A stretch of DNA of 64,000 bases from positions 1,216,001 through 1,280,000 of the forward strand of contig OZ219920.1 of NCBI GenBank assembly GCA_964291415.2, given 5' to 3'. Position numbers and translations under genes: made by a program. Under the pieces are notes generated by a model, which worked only from the letters and a program-made list of their open reading frames with translations, did not search any database and was not told the DNA's origin. Positions 54,518 through 64,000 of this stretch are shown piece by piece. Within the stretch, counting starts at the first letter, position 1, and every line of letters starts with the position of its first letter. The DNA is from Alphaproteobacteria bacterium. GTDB lineage: Bacteria > Pseudomonadota > Alphaproteobacteria > SP197.

Positions 54518-55663
54518 ATGCAAGGATTACTGAAGCGTGCAACCGGTCTTGTCGCCGGTCTGCTGCTGGCGGTCACCCTGACCGCCGGGAGCGCCCCGCG
54601 CGCAGCGGAGGATGTGACCGTCACCCTCATTCCTGTCTCCGTCTACGGACCCTGGTTCATCGTCCAGGAAAAGGACATGGCTGAAGGCATCAATCTCGAG
54701 GTGCAGATCATCGAGGACATCACGGCACGCAATGCCGGCCTCTCCACCGGTCACCTGCAGTGCATGATGACGACCATGGACTCCACCGTCGTTGCCCATG
54801 CCGCAGGCATCCCGGTAAGGCATGTGGCAGTACCGCTGATGTCCTACGGGCTTGACGAGATGGTGGTGGCGTCCGACATCCAGTCGGTCGAGGACTTCGC
54901 GGGGCGTTCCTACGCCGCCGACTACGGCTTTCTCAACCACATGTGGATGTTGCTGACCCTCAAGCGCGCGGGCATGGACTTCGATGCCGCAGAGCACAAG
55001 ATCATGCTGCCGCAGGATGCAACCGCTTCCTTCGTCAGCGGGGCCCTCGATATCGATGTCAACTTCATCCCGTTTTCCACGCAGTCCCAGGAACGCGAGG
55101 ACTCATACCTCTTCAAGAGCAGCCGCACGGACCGCACCTGGGAACGCGGCCTGATTTCCGACTCCATCGCCTGCAACACGACATGGATGGCCGAAAAGCC
55201 GGAGGTGGCCAGGGAACTGCTGCGCTCATGGTTCGAGGCCGTGAACTGGTGGAAGGAGAATCCGGCGGAAGGCAACGAGATCGTCGCCAGGGGTCTGGAC
55301 TGGCCGGTCGGGGACGTCGAGATCACCCAGCAGGGAACCGTGATGCTCAACATCAACCAGAATCTCGGCGCAATCGGCGTCGAGGGTGGTGTGCCGATGT
55401 GTGCCAGCATTCCCGAAGGGGCGCCGCTTCCTCCTGACGAGCCGAGCAACTGGGGTCAGATGTTCGGCGGAGAGGACTGCGAGGCCGGATACCTGAATTC
55501 GACCTGGGACATCTTCGCCTCTGTCTACCACGAGGCTGGCGTGACGGATAACGAGCCGACAGCCGAAGACGGCATCGACAACAGCCTTCTCTTGTCGCTG
55601 GCTGCCGACGGTTTCGGCGAGACGTACAATTCCAACAAGTGGATTGGCCGTTCCGGCATGTAG
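54518..55663 (+). CDS. ABC substrate-binding protein (SsuA/THI5-like)
   Basis: Signal peptide (..APRAA), acidic periplasmic sequence, SYGLD and LISD motifs, and position after the ATPase. Confidence 0.85.
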   Translation: MQGLLKRATGLVAGLLLAVTLTAGSAPRAAEDVTVTLIPVSVYGPWFIVQEKDMAEGINLEVQIIEDITARNAGLSTGHLQCMMTTMDSTVVAHAAGIPVRHVAVPLMSYGLDEMVVASDIQSVEDFAGRSYAADYGFLNHMWMLLTLKRAGMDFDAAEHKIMLPQDATASFVSGALDIDVNFIPFSTQSQEREDSYLFKSSRTDRTWERGLISDSIACNTTWMAEKPEVARELLRSWFEAVNWWKENPAEGNEIVARGLDWPVGDVEITQQGTVMLNINQNLGAIGVEGGVPMCASIPEGAPLPPDEPSNWGQMFGGEDCEAGYLNSTWDIFASVYHEAGVTDNEPTAEDGIDNSLLLSLAADGFGETYNSNKWIGRSGM

Positions 55664-55672
55664 GACTCGATG

Positions 55673-55706
55673 GCTGCCCTGCCCTTTTCAGCAAGGGCGG
55701 GGCAGC
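55673..55706 (+). terminator. Intercistronic hairpin after the binding-protein gene
   Basis: GCTGCCCTGCCCTT-6 nt-AAGGGCGGGGCAGC, a 14-bp stem with one G-U pair and no U-tract (stabiliser or weak terminator). Confidence 0.55.
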
Positions 55707-55736
55707 ACATCCGCGGCATGATAGGGAGGTTGAGAC

Positions 55737-56684
55737 GTGGCTGATGTTCTCAAGATCGATTCCCATGTCCACATCTATGAGACCCACGAGATCGGCAGAG
55801 CCGAAAAGACGGGTTACGAGGTCTGGGAGTACGGAGAGCTTGCCGGAGTGAGGGCCAGCGCTCTCGACGGCACGGTCGACGAGTTGCTGGAGTCCATGAC
55901 CTCAGCCGGGATTTCGCGTGCCGTCATCGTCAATCTCTATACCACTGACGAGATACGTTCGCAGGCCGTCGCCCGCCTCGAACCCGGGCTCACCGCGAGC
56001 ATGCGCGAGAAGGCAATCGCGGACATCGAAGCGCGCATGACGGACGAGATGCGGCAGTTCAACCTGTGGGCCTGTGGCGTCGGGCACCAACACCCGCAAC
56101 TCGCGATCTTCATTGCCGCCGACCCCCTGCTGGCGCCCGATGAGGCGGGTGCCGCCCTGGTCAGCGAACTCCACGAGTCCCATGGCGCCCATGGCGTTAA
56201 ACTCCATGGTCCGGCCCAGGGGTGCATGATGTCGGACCGGCGCCTGTGGGCCACCTACCGGGCCTGCGAGGAACGCGCCATGCCGATCATTGCCCATGCC
56301 GGCCCCGACCGGCAGGGAATCGGGTATTCAGATCCACCTGCCTTCGTCGACATGTTGCGGGACTTTCCCCGCCTCAAGGTCGTGGTTGCCCACCTTGGCG
56401 GCGCCTCGTGGCGTCAGACTCTGGAGGTGGCGGAGGCCTTTCCCAACGCCTACTTCGACTGTTGCGAGATCATTGACTGGACGGGAAGCCCCAATGGTCC
56501 AAGCGAGATGGAACTCGCCCGCCTCATCAGGGAAATCGGCACGCACCGTGTCATGATGGGTTCCGACTACCCCTGGTACGATCTCGACAACACCGTCGAT
56601 CGCGTCATGGAGCTGCCCCTGCTTTCAAAGGAAGAAAAAGAGAGCATCCTGGGAGCCAACGCACAATCCATCCTCGGTCTGTAG
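55737..56684 (+). CDS. Amidohydrolase family protein (amidohydro_2)
   Basis: IDSHVH, GVKLH, IAHAG, VAHLGG and GSDYP. GTG start after GGGAGG. Confidence 0.9.
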   Translation: MADVLKIDSHVHIYETHEIGRAEKTGYEVWEYGELAGVRASALDGTVDELLESMTSAGISRAVIVNLYTTDEIRSQAVARLEPGLTASMREKAIADIEARMTDEMRQFNLWACGVGHQHPQLAIFIAADPLLAPDEAGAALVSELHESHGAHGVKLHGPAQGCMMSDRRLWATYRACEERAMPIIAHAGPDRQGIGYSDPPAFVDMLRDFPRLKVVVAHLGGASWRQTLEVAEAFPNAYFDCCEIIDWTGSPNGPSEMELARLIREIGTHRVMMGSDYPWYDLDNTVDRVMELPLLSKEEKESILGANAQSILGL

Positions 56685-56906
56685 CCGCGCCCGGACCCGC
56701 TGCGCTTCATCTTTGCTCCGGTTGGCATTCCCATCAGGAGAAATCGACATGTCGTCGAACCTGTCCTGCTGGTCAGCGCCAACGGTCTCCGGGTGTGCGC
56801 AAGCCGCTCCGGAACACAGGACCCGGACTCACCGACCTCCGGGTGAATACGGAGGAATCGCCGATTCTTCGGCCAAGGGGCACCAAACTTGGTGGCAGCG
56901 CTTCGG

Positions 56907-58091
56907 TCAATCCGTCATGACGCTGTCGCGGTGGCCGAGCTTGCCTTCCACCACCATGGTGCCGATGGTATCGAGGATGACCCGGCACGCCAGCTGGGAG
57001 GTATTGTCGTTGACATCGTAGGGCGGGGAGACCTCGACGACCTCCATGCCGCACAGGCCTTCACGGGCGATCAGGCGCACCATCTCCAGGGCCTCGCGGG
57101 GCGTGAACCCCCCGGGTTCCGGGGTGCCGGTGCCGGGTGCGAAGCCAGGGTCGATGGAATCGATGTCGAACGAGAGATAGACAGCCTTCGCTCCCTTCCA
57201 GGCAAGTTCGAGGGCGACTTCCGCCGTCTTCCTGGTGCCGAGTTCCTCGACGTCGGTCATGGTGAGCACACTGGTGCCGCGCTCGCGGGCAATCTCGGAA
57301 CCACGCCTTGAGCCGTACCAGCCACCGATGCCGATCTGCACGAGGTTCTTCGGCGGACAGTTGGCGAGACCGACGTCGTGCATGTGGGTATGGGCATGGT
57401 GGGACTCCGCCCGGTCGACGCTCTCGTGATCGTTCGACGTCCAGTACCACGGAGTCGTGTGCATCCGCTCGTCCATGTCCATGTCGGCCATGTCGATATG
57501 CCGGTCGAAATGAATGATTCCGACGTTTCCATCGATGTGGGGCGCTATGCCGCGAACGTTGGGATAGCCGAGGCTGTGATCACCTCCCACGAGGATGGGA
57601 AAGGCGCCCGAGGTGTAGACGTGGGAAACCGCCTTCGAGACCTGGTCGAAGGTCTTCTCGATATTACCCGGAATGACGAAGACATCGCCGGCATCGGCAA
57701 GATCGAGTTCTTCGGGAAGATCGATGCCTCCATCAACGCTGTAGCCGTCATAGACAGCGGAAATGCGCCTCACCGCCTGGGGACCGAACCGGGTTCCCGG
57801 CCGGTACGTTGTCCCGGTGTCGAAGGGGATGCCCACGAAGGCGGCCTCGTAGTCGCCGATCCGCCTGATGTCCTCGCAGTAGGGCGCCTTCATGAAGGTG
57901 TTGATGCCGGCAAAGGCTGGCAGATGGCCGCGGCTGAACAGCGAGATGGTCCTGTCATTGATGGAATCAGCGGCCTCAAGACCGAGTTCCAGCCCGCGCT
58001 GGATCTCCTCTTCCTGCTTGGTCTGCGAAATGCGCGCCAGGCGATGGAGATTGCGTGTGCCCCTGAAGGCCTGGTCGTCCCTGTCGGCCAC
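56907..58091 (-). CDS. Ureohydrolase (agmatinase family) closely resembling guanidine hydrolase GdmH
   Basis: GLEAA.SI.DR.I..FSRG.LP.FAGINTF.KAPY, TTYRPGTRFGP, GGDHS, HFDRH.D, DERMHT.PW and SFDID. GTG start after GGGAGG. Confidence 0.85.
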   Translation of the reverse strand: MADRDDQAFRGTRNLHRLARISQTKQEEEIQRGLELGLEAADSINDRTISLFSRGHLPAFAGINTFMKAPYCEDIRRIGDYEAAFVGIPFDTGTTYRPGTRFGPQAVRRISAVYDGYSVDGGIDLPEELDLADAGDVFVIPGNIEKTFDQVSKAVSHVYTSGAFPILVGGDHSLGYPNVRGIAPHIDGNVGIIHFDRHIDMADMDMDERMHTTPWYWTSNDHESVDRAESHHAHTHMHDVGLANCPPKNLVQIGIGGWYGSRRGSEIARERGTSVLTMTDVEELGTRKTAEVALELAWKGAKAVYLSFDIDSIDPGFAPGTGTPEPGGFTPREALEMVRLIAREGLCGMEVVEVSPPYDVNDNTSQLACRVILDTIGTMVVEGKLGHRDSVMTD

Positions 58092-58155
58092 GTGGCGATC
58101 CTCCCGGTCTTGCCGGGCGATAGTGCCGGAGCGCGGATCATCAATCAACGAGGGA

Positions 58156-58230
58156 TGGTGGGCGCGGCTGGGATTGAACCAGCGACCCCTACGATGTCAA
58201 CGTAGTGCTCTCCCGCTGAGCTACGCGCCC
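58156..58230 (-). tRNA. tRNA-Val (GAC)
   Basis: Reverse complement GGGCGCGTAGCTCAGCGGGAGAGCACTACGTT-GAC-ATCGTAGGGGTCGCTGGTTCAATCCCAGCCGCGCCCACCA. Confidence 0.97.
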
Positions 58231-58425
58231 CATCGGCGACTAGATATCCGACAGCCCCCCACCATGCAACCGGGGACTGTGACACCGTGCTCCTGCCAGC
58301 ATGGCGTCATCCGACAAACCCGGCTTCGACAATTCTTCGGTGTCTCCGGGTTTTTCCGGTTTGGCGACGAGATCGGCCGGTTCCGCCCCGTTCAAGGATC
58401 CATCAGCCCTGGCGATGGCGCCTCG

Positions 58426-59181
58426 TCAGTTCAGGCCGCGTTCCTTCTTGATACGGTCCCAGGCGGCGTTGATTTCGGCCATCTTGCGGTTGGCGACCTC
58501 GATGAACTCCTCCGGCAGCCCCTGGGCAGTGACCCGATCGGGATGATTCTCCCGAAGCAGCTTGCGGTAGGCCGCCTTCACGTCGCGATCACTGGCCTCC
58601 GCCGACACACCGAGAACCTCATATGGGTCGCCGGAGGTCTCGCCGGCTACCGTGAACATGCCTTCGAGACGCCTCATGTCAGCGGACGAGAATCCGAAGA
58701 TGCGCCCGACATCGTTGATGATGGCGCGCTCGGCGGCGTGATAGTGGCCATCCACGTGAGCAACCATCAGCAGGGCGCCGAGGAGATCTTCCCTCACCGC
58801 CCGCGAGTGTCCGAGCAGGGACGCGATCTGACGGGCATAGGACTCGTAGCCCTCAGCGCTTTCCTTTGCGGCATTGAAAATGCGACCGACATCTCCCGAA
58901 GCCGATTGTGGTACGGGGAGAACGCGCTTGAGCGCCTGCACCTCGTCCCGCGTGACGCGGCCATCTGCCTTGGCAAGCTTGGCGACCAGGGCGATCACGG
59001 CCAGGGTGAAGGCAACCTGAAGCTCGTCCGTCGACGAACCCTGGTGCGTGACCGCGGGTCTCTTGCCCTTCAGGGTCTGATCAACAAGGTGCCCCGCGGC
59101 AAGCCCCATGAGAGCGCCAAGCGGGCCTCCCAGTGCGAAGAAGCCGACCGTGCCACCGATAATCTTGCCCCAGACGCTCAT
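58426..59181 (-). CDS. djlA: Co-chaperone DjlA (TM + TerB-like + J domain)
   Basis: MSVWGKIIGG, AKLAKADGRV, DPYEVLG, HPD and EINAAW. Confidence 0.9.
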   Translation of the reverse strand: MSVWGKIIGGTVGFFALGGPLGALMGLAAGHLVDQTLKGKRPAVTHQGSSTDELQVAFTLAVIALVAKLAKADGRVTRDEVQALKRVLPVPQSASGDVGRIFNAAKESAEGYESYARQIASLLGHSRAVREDLLGALLMVAHVDGHYHAAERAIINDVGRIFGFSSADMRRLEGMFTVAGETSGDPYEVLGVSAEASDRDVKAAYRKLLRENHPDRVTAQGLPEEFIEVANRKMAEINAAWDRIKKERGLN

Positions 59182-60077
59182 GCAACGGTCTCTTGTTGTC
59201 TGAGAGATCCACGGGCGTGAAGGGATCCACCGCGGATCCAGTCCGCCAGTGGATTGCACCTCGACCAGTGGCCGGCGTACCCGGCCAGAGTGTCGAACAC
59301 GACCCCGTCGTGTTCGCAAAAGAAATCGATCAGGCGCTCCAGCATCATCAACCGGTGGCCACGTCCGATCACCTGGGGATGCATGGTGAGATTGTAGATT
59401 CCACCTGGCACATGAGTGTGCGCCCATGTGAATTCCTGGCGCCAGATTTCCTCGACATGGGAGGCGGGCTTGAGACCGCCGCCCGTGTCGTCGAGTTCAA
59501 AATAGGGAAAGTCATCGAGTCCCCAGGTGACCGGCAGTTCGACGATGTCGAGATGTGTGCCGAACTCGTAGGGCTCGGTGGCCGGGGCCTTGTCCCCGGT
59601 CCGCATGTAGTAGGGCGTGAAGTCGTCTCCCATGAGGCTCGAATCGTAGAGGAAGCCGAATTCCTCGAGGAGATCCGCCGTGCGTTCGCTGAAGTCCCAG
59701 GCCGGCGACCGGTAGCCCACGGGCCGCACCCCGCAGGCCTGGTCGAGAGCCTCGAAACCGCGTTCCAGATTGCGCCGTTCCCCTGTCTCGTCAAAGTCCG
59801 CAGGATTTTCATGAACCCAGCCGTGGTGGGCGATTTCGTGCCCGGCATCATGGATGGCCCTGACCAGGTCAGGCCAGGCAAGGGCCGTGTGCCCAGGTAT
59901 GCAGAAGGTGGCCTGGATCGATCGGCGCTGGAGCAGGTCGAGAATGCGGGGGATGGCGACGGCGCCGAATTCGCCCCGGGAGATCTCGCTGGGATTGCTT
60001 GACCGATAGGAGCCGATCCACACCGACATGGCATCGAAATCAAAGGTCAGACAACACGTCAGGCGTGGTTGGTCCAT
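59178..60077 (-). CDS. Polysaccharide deacetylase family (CE4; PuuE/HpPgdA-like)
   Basis: LTFDFDA, HEIAHHGWVH, GYRSPAW, YDSSLM and MHPQVIGR. Confidence 0.9.
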   Translation of the reverse strand: MDQPRLTCCLTFDFDAMSVWIGSYRSSNPSEISRGEFGAVAIPRILDLLQRRSIQATFCIPGHTALAWPDLVRAIHDAGHEIAHHGWVHENPADFDETGERRNLERGFEALDQACGVRPVGYRSPAWDFSERTADLLEEFGFLYDSSLMGDDFTPYYMRTGDKAPATEPYEFGTHLDIVELPVTWGLDDFPYFELDDTGGGLKPASHVEEIWRQEFTWAHTHVPGGIYNLTMHPQVIGRGHRLMMLERLIDFFCEHDGVVFDTLAGYAGHWSRCNPLADWIRGGSLHARGSLRQQETVA

Positions 60078-60083
60078 GGCCTT

Positions 60084-60335
60084 CTACCCTCCATCGATCG
60101 GAGGCATGACGACCAGGCGATCACCATCAGCGAGCCTGTAGTCCGACCGTAATGCCTCCCTGACAACATGATCGTTGACCAGTGTGAGCGCTGGTCGCTC
60201 CTTCAGCGCTCCGAGCCGGACAAGGGCGCCAGCGAGTGTCGTGTCCTCCGCAAGATCCCATTCGCCCCTGCCGTCAGCACCGATGTCGGGAACGGTCTCG
60301 CCTGCGTAGGCGGCGAGTTTCACCGACACCTTCAT
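60084..60335 (-). CDS. MoaD/ThiS sulfur-carrier protein (second copy)
   Basis: 83 aa ending LADGDRLVVMPPIDGG. ATGA overlap with the second AOR gene. Confidence 0.85.
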   Translation of the reverse strand: MKVSVKLAAYAGETVPDIGADGRGEWDLAEDTTLAGALVRLGALKERPALTLVNDHVVREALRSDYRLADGDRLVVMPPIDGG

Positions 60336-62158
60336 GACAACCCGAGGCGATGAAGGGTCTGGCCGCGCGGTACACCTTCCTCGTCCCAGCCGCGCATCTC
60401 GTAGTAGTCGCCCAGCATATCACCGAGCCGGGCCACCATGCCTTTCGCCGTTCCGCCCGGCGCAGGGACGTTCAGCATGCGATGCGGCAACGTGTCGTCG
60501 CGCCGACCGAGACCGGCGGCGATGTTGAAGAGTCTCTCCAGGTTCCAGATTCTCTCACCCGTCTCGCGCAGGCGTTCGGGCGTCCACGAGGATGCAAGGG
60601 CGCCATCCAGCATGGCCGCGACCTTCTCGATGGAGACGGCTGCCGCCGTGAAGGCACACAAGCCCGATGAATCGAACATTGCAGCCCGTTCGTCCTGGCT
60701 CGATCGCACGATGTCGGCCTTGCCCTCGAGTTCGGTCGTGGCGAAGTCCGAGGCGAAGGGGCTGGCGCGCAGGTGACAGGCGCCCCGGTTGGAGGTGGCA
60801 TAGGCAAGCGCCATCCCCTGCATGGCGCGTGGATCATAGCCGGGGAACTCCTGGCCCTTGACCGTCATCGAGAACTCGGGTCTCGCGTACTTTTCGCACA
60901 ACCTTGCTGCTCCCAGCCCGATCGAGGCCCCGAACCCCTCGCCCCTGGCGCAGGCCTCGACCATGGCGACGAGTCCCTTGGCGGAACCGAATGAGAGATC
61001 GACACCTGTCTCGTCCACTGTCACGACACCCGTCTCGAAGAGTTCCATGGCCGCCGCGAGAGCGCCGCCGAAGGAAATGGTATCCATCCCGTGTTCGTTG
61101 CACACGAAATTCGCAAAGGTGACGGCATCGATGTCGTCCACTCCCACCATGGCGCCCAGCGCGAAGACGTTTTCGTACTCCAGCCCGCCTGATGCCGTGT
61201 GATACTGCGGGCGCCCCTTCACCGAGAAGTGATCCGGGTCGATCGTGGCAATACGGCCGCAGGCAATAGTGCATGCGAAACAGGCCTTGTTGGTGACCAG
61301 ATTGACGGTGCCATTGGGACCGTGGGGGCCTTGTGAGGCGGCCACGTTCAGCCGCTCGGTTCCCTCAAACGTCACGTCGCGTTCGTTGCGGGTCGGCAGA
61401 CTGCCGTAGCTGTGCGTCATGTCGAGCATGGCATGGGTGCCGTACCGCGCCAGGCGCTCGCGGGAAGGATGCGCGGCAAGGCCCGCTTTCGCGTCGGCAA
61501 CCGCCGACATGAAGGCCGCCGGATCATTGACCTGGACGCCTCGGCTCCCCCGAGCGGCAATCGCCTTGAGATTCTTCGCTCCCATGACGGCGCCCACACC
61601 GGACCGGCCTGCAGCACGGTGCAGGTCGTTGACGATACAGGCAAAGCGGACGCGCCTCTCCCCTGCCAGACCGATGGAGGCAATCTTCACCGCGGGGTCC
61701 TGGAGTTCCGCTCTGATGGCCGGCTCGGTCTCCCAGACCGAGCGTCCCCACAGGTGGCGCGCATCCCGCAATTCCACCCGGTCGTCATCGATCCATAACC
61801 ACACCGGATGCGGTGAGGCTCCCTCGATGACGACCATGTCCCAGCCGGCAAGCTTGATCTCGGCGCCGACCTTGCCGCCGGAGTTGGAACAGGCGATGGC
61901 GTTGGTGAGAGCACCCTTGGTGACGACCGAATACCGTCCCGCCGTTGGCGCCATGGTGCTGGTGAGAGGGCCCGTGGCAAGGATCAGCACATTGCCGGGA
62001 GCCAGGGAATCCACCGCCGGATCCATCGCTTCCATCAGGTACTTCGATGCCAGGCCCCGTTGCCCGAGGAACTGCTCGGCCCAGTCCTGATTCAGCGGCT
62101 CGCCTTCACAGCGTCCACTGCCCAGATCGACCCGCAACACCCGACCGGTCCAACCCAT
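60332..62158 (-). CDS. Second aldehyde:ferredoxin oxidoreductase-family catalytic subunit
   Basis: RAAGRSGVGAVMGAKNLKA, CFACTIACG, GLEYE, SNRGACH and YYEMRGW. Confidence 0.92.
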   Translation of the reverse strand: MGWTGRVLRVDLGSGRCEGEPLNQDWAEQFLGQRGLASKYLMEAMDPAVDSLAPGNVLILATGPLTSTMAPTAGRYSVVTKGALTNAIACSNSGGKVGAEIKLAGWDMVVIEGASPHPVWLWIDDDRVELRDARHLWGRSVWETEPAIRAELQDPAVKIASIGLAGERRVRFACIVNDLHRAAGRSGVGAVMGAKNLKAIAARGSRGVQVNDPAAFMSAVADAKAGLAAHPSRERLARYGTHAMLDMTHSYGSLPTRNERDVTFEGTERLNVAASQGPHGPNGTVNLVTNKACFACTIACGRIATIDPDHFSVKGRPQYHTASGGLEYENVFALGAMVGVDDIDAVTFANFVCNEHGMDTISFGGALAAAMELFETGVVTVDETGVDLSFGSAKGLVAMVEACARGEGFGASIGLGAARLCEKYARPEFSMTVKGQEFPGYDPRAMQGMALAYATSNRGACHLRASPFASDFATTELEGKADIVRSSQDERAAMFDSSGLCAFTAAAVSIEKVAAMLDGALASSWTPERLRETGERIWNLERLFNIAAGLGRRDDTLPHRMLNVPAPGGTAKGMVARLGDMLGDYYEMRGWDEEGVPRGQTLHRLGLS

Positions 62159-62273
62159 GTTCCATCCTTCCCGTCAATACGTCCTGCGAAGGCGCGGAGG
62201 ATAGACCCATTGGACCGCTGCGCCAAACATCCTGCAGACAAGAGAGAGTCCCGAAACAGCAGTGACTCCCCAG

Positions 62274-63689
62274 TCACCGCACCAGTGCAGCGTATCCTGC
62301 AAACACCGAACCTGCAGCGAGGACCATGACAGTGCAGTACAGTGCATTCCAGCGAGGAAACGACCAGTTTGAAACCCCGCTCCGGGCCGCGAGAACCAGA
62401 TTGATACCGGAGTACGGACTCCCGGCCGAGCCGATACCCCACCCCATCACGCAGACCGCGGCAAGAAGTGTTGGATCCGGCGACGCGGGTGACGTGACAG
62501 CGATGAGCGTGGTGACCGACACCAGCGGATGCACACCGGCCAATGCCACGACGACTATGCAGGCGAGCGCAAGAGTTGCGGTCACCGGATTGAGCGTGAA
62601 ATCCGGCACCATCAACGGGTACGCGGACACCAGACTGGTCAGCCCCCCTCCAAGCACCCCGGCAGCGAGAAAGAGCGTGAATTCACCGCTCCGGCCGGAC
62701 AACTCGGTCAGCACGAACCGCTTCAGGGTCCGGTTCGCGCTGGCGATTCCTTCTCGTGCCAAGAGGACTGCTGCTGCGAGTGAAGGCGCAATCAAGGCTA
62801 CCAGCAACAGAATTGACAGCGACGGCCACATCCAGTGCGCGGCCGCTGTCGAAAGCACGAGCGCAGTCGGCAGCCAGAGACTTTCCAGACGAAACGGATA
62901 TCCTTCGAATCTGGAAAGCGCCTGGCCTTCTTCGAAGCGACCAATGATGGCGATCGCAAGGAAGCCAATGCAGGCCAGCGCCACACCAGCCATCACGAGT
63001 CCCGGGAAGTGCACTCCCGGCACCAGGCCTACAGCGAGGGCCACTCCCCCGATAAATGGCGAATAAAATGCAACCATCGAATATGAACGCCCGAGCATCG
63101 CCACCTCGCGGCGCGCAAGCGGCGCTGATCGGGCCAGCCGTTCGGAGAACACCACTACTGCAGAAATGTTGATGACGGCGCCGAACAGGTGAACGCCTGC
63201 CATCGTACGCAGATAGGCGCTGAAACCACGGGATGCCGGTGTGCCTGTCCTTGCTGCCGCGTTGGCGGGATAGACCAGGCGCAGGAACGCCACTCCGGCA
63301 AGCACAGTGAGGATGGGCAGCGAGCCTCCCGTCGCGATTCCCCATGCCACGTTGCCGCCGCGAGCCGCCGCAACCGCGATACATGCAAGCCCGATTCCGA
63401 GCATGACCCCGACCTGCACCTGTACGCGCAATGGCAGCCGGCTCCACGCAGCAAGCCCCGCAGTCCAGGCCGCCAGCACGCCAATCTCCAGCGGGAACGC
63501 GGGTGCCAATCCATGCACGACCGAGGCCACGAGCATCGCGCTGATCATCAGTCCGGAAAATGCTTCGCGACGGGCTGACGGCTGGACGAGCCTCGAAGAA
63601 TCCGGCTTCGCCAACCAACAAACCTCCCTCTGGACGAATGACAGGCTAGCAGAATGGAGGTCAACTCCGAACAACGATCCCTGATCCAT
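62274..63689 (-). CDS. Multi-pass membrane protein, possible transporter
   Basis: About 12 hydrophobic segments, with HLFGAVINISA, FYSPF and EFTLFLAAGVL motifs. Start uncertain. Confidence 0.65.
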   Translation of the reverse strand: MDQGSLFGVDLHSASLSFVQREVCWLAKPDSSRLVQPSARREAFSGLMISAMLVASVVHGLAPAFPLEIGVLAAWTAGLAAWSRLPLRVQVQVGVMLGIGLACIAVAAARGGNVAWGIATGGSLPILTVLAGVAFLRLVYPANAAARTGTPASRGFSAYLRTMAGVHLFGAVINISAVVVFSERLARSAPLARREVAMLGRSYSMVAFYSPFIGGVALAVGLVPGVHFPGLVMAGVALACIGFLAIAIIGRFEEGQALSRFEGYPFRLESLWLPTALVLSTAAAHWMWPSLSILLLVALIAPSLAAAVLLAREGIASANRTLKRFVLTELSGRSGEFTLFLAAGVLGGGLTSLVSAYPLMVPDFTLNPVTATLALACIVVVALAGVHPLVSVTTLIAVTSPASPDPTLLAAVCVMGWGIGSAGSPYSGINLVLAARSGVSNWSFPRWNALYCTVMVLAAGSVFAGYAALVR

Positions 63690-64000
63690 GGGCGACGGAG
63701 ACACTGATCGATATCGCACGGAACACCAGTCAAACTCGTCGCGCCGTTGCCAGACGCATCACGCCAGGAATGAATTTCGACTAAAAGTCGGAACCGGATG
63801 CGAACCGCAAGGTACCGGGCGCAACCGGGCATCGGCAGTCTCCAACTCGATCAGTCAGATTGTCATGGAGCGAGAACGGCCACGACATTTGTAACCAATG
63901 GCAAACGACAACCCGATACTTCGGGCGTAAGCTCTTTCCTCAGAGGCTGGCGCTGGAACTGTCCGCGCGACACCACAGGCATGGTGGCTTTCGTCACCAT

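Noticed and set aside
41040-58156. Integrated island between the two inward-facing tRNAs
   Set aside because: No integrase, no att direct repeat and no obvious compositional shift.
57892-59220. 442-aa plus-strand ORF
   Set aside because: It overlaps tRNA-Val, djlA and the ureohydrolase in antisense and has no protein motifs.

Overview
A GC-rich bacterial chromosomal segment, most likely alphaproteobacterial (inferred from the Zn-ribbon-bearing DinB, aa3-oxidase subunit IV-like peptide, pim-type beta-oxidation genes, DjlA and the ROSE-like element). It holds about 55 genes and two tRNAs (Ser-TGA, Val-GAC). No rRNA, CRISPR array, integrase or transposase was seen. A few housekeeping genes (MscS, rsgA, ettA, dinB, sHSP, msrA, nadK, djlA) are scattered among dense catabolic clusters: an amine/2-oxo-acid block (7.3-19.8 kb), an lva/pim-like acyl-CoA block (20-31 kb), two tungsten-type aldehyde oxidoreductase loci with MoaD partners, and a block with a xanthine-dehydrogenase-family enzyme, a NitT/TauT ABC transporter, an amidohydrolase and a guanidine-hydrolase-like ureohydrolase (49-58 kb). 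There are two toxin-antitoxin modules. The best candidate for an undescribed system is 16901-18330: a helix-hairpin-helix DNA-glycosylase-like protein with an in-frame C-terminal antitoxin-like tail, translationally coupled to a PIN-domain toxin. The runner-up is the divergent GdmH-like ureohydrolase with a His-rich insertion and its neighbouring atypical Mo-hydroxylase. Two genes carry single-base frameshifts in C runs, which may be assembly errors. All family calls rest on motif recognition by eye, without database searches.
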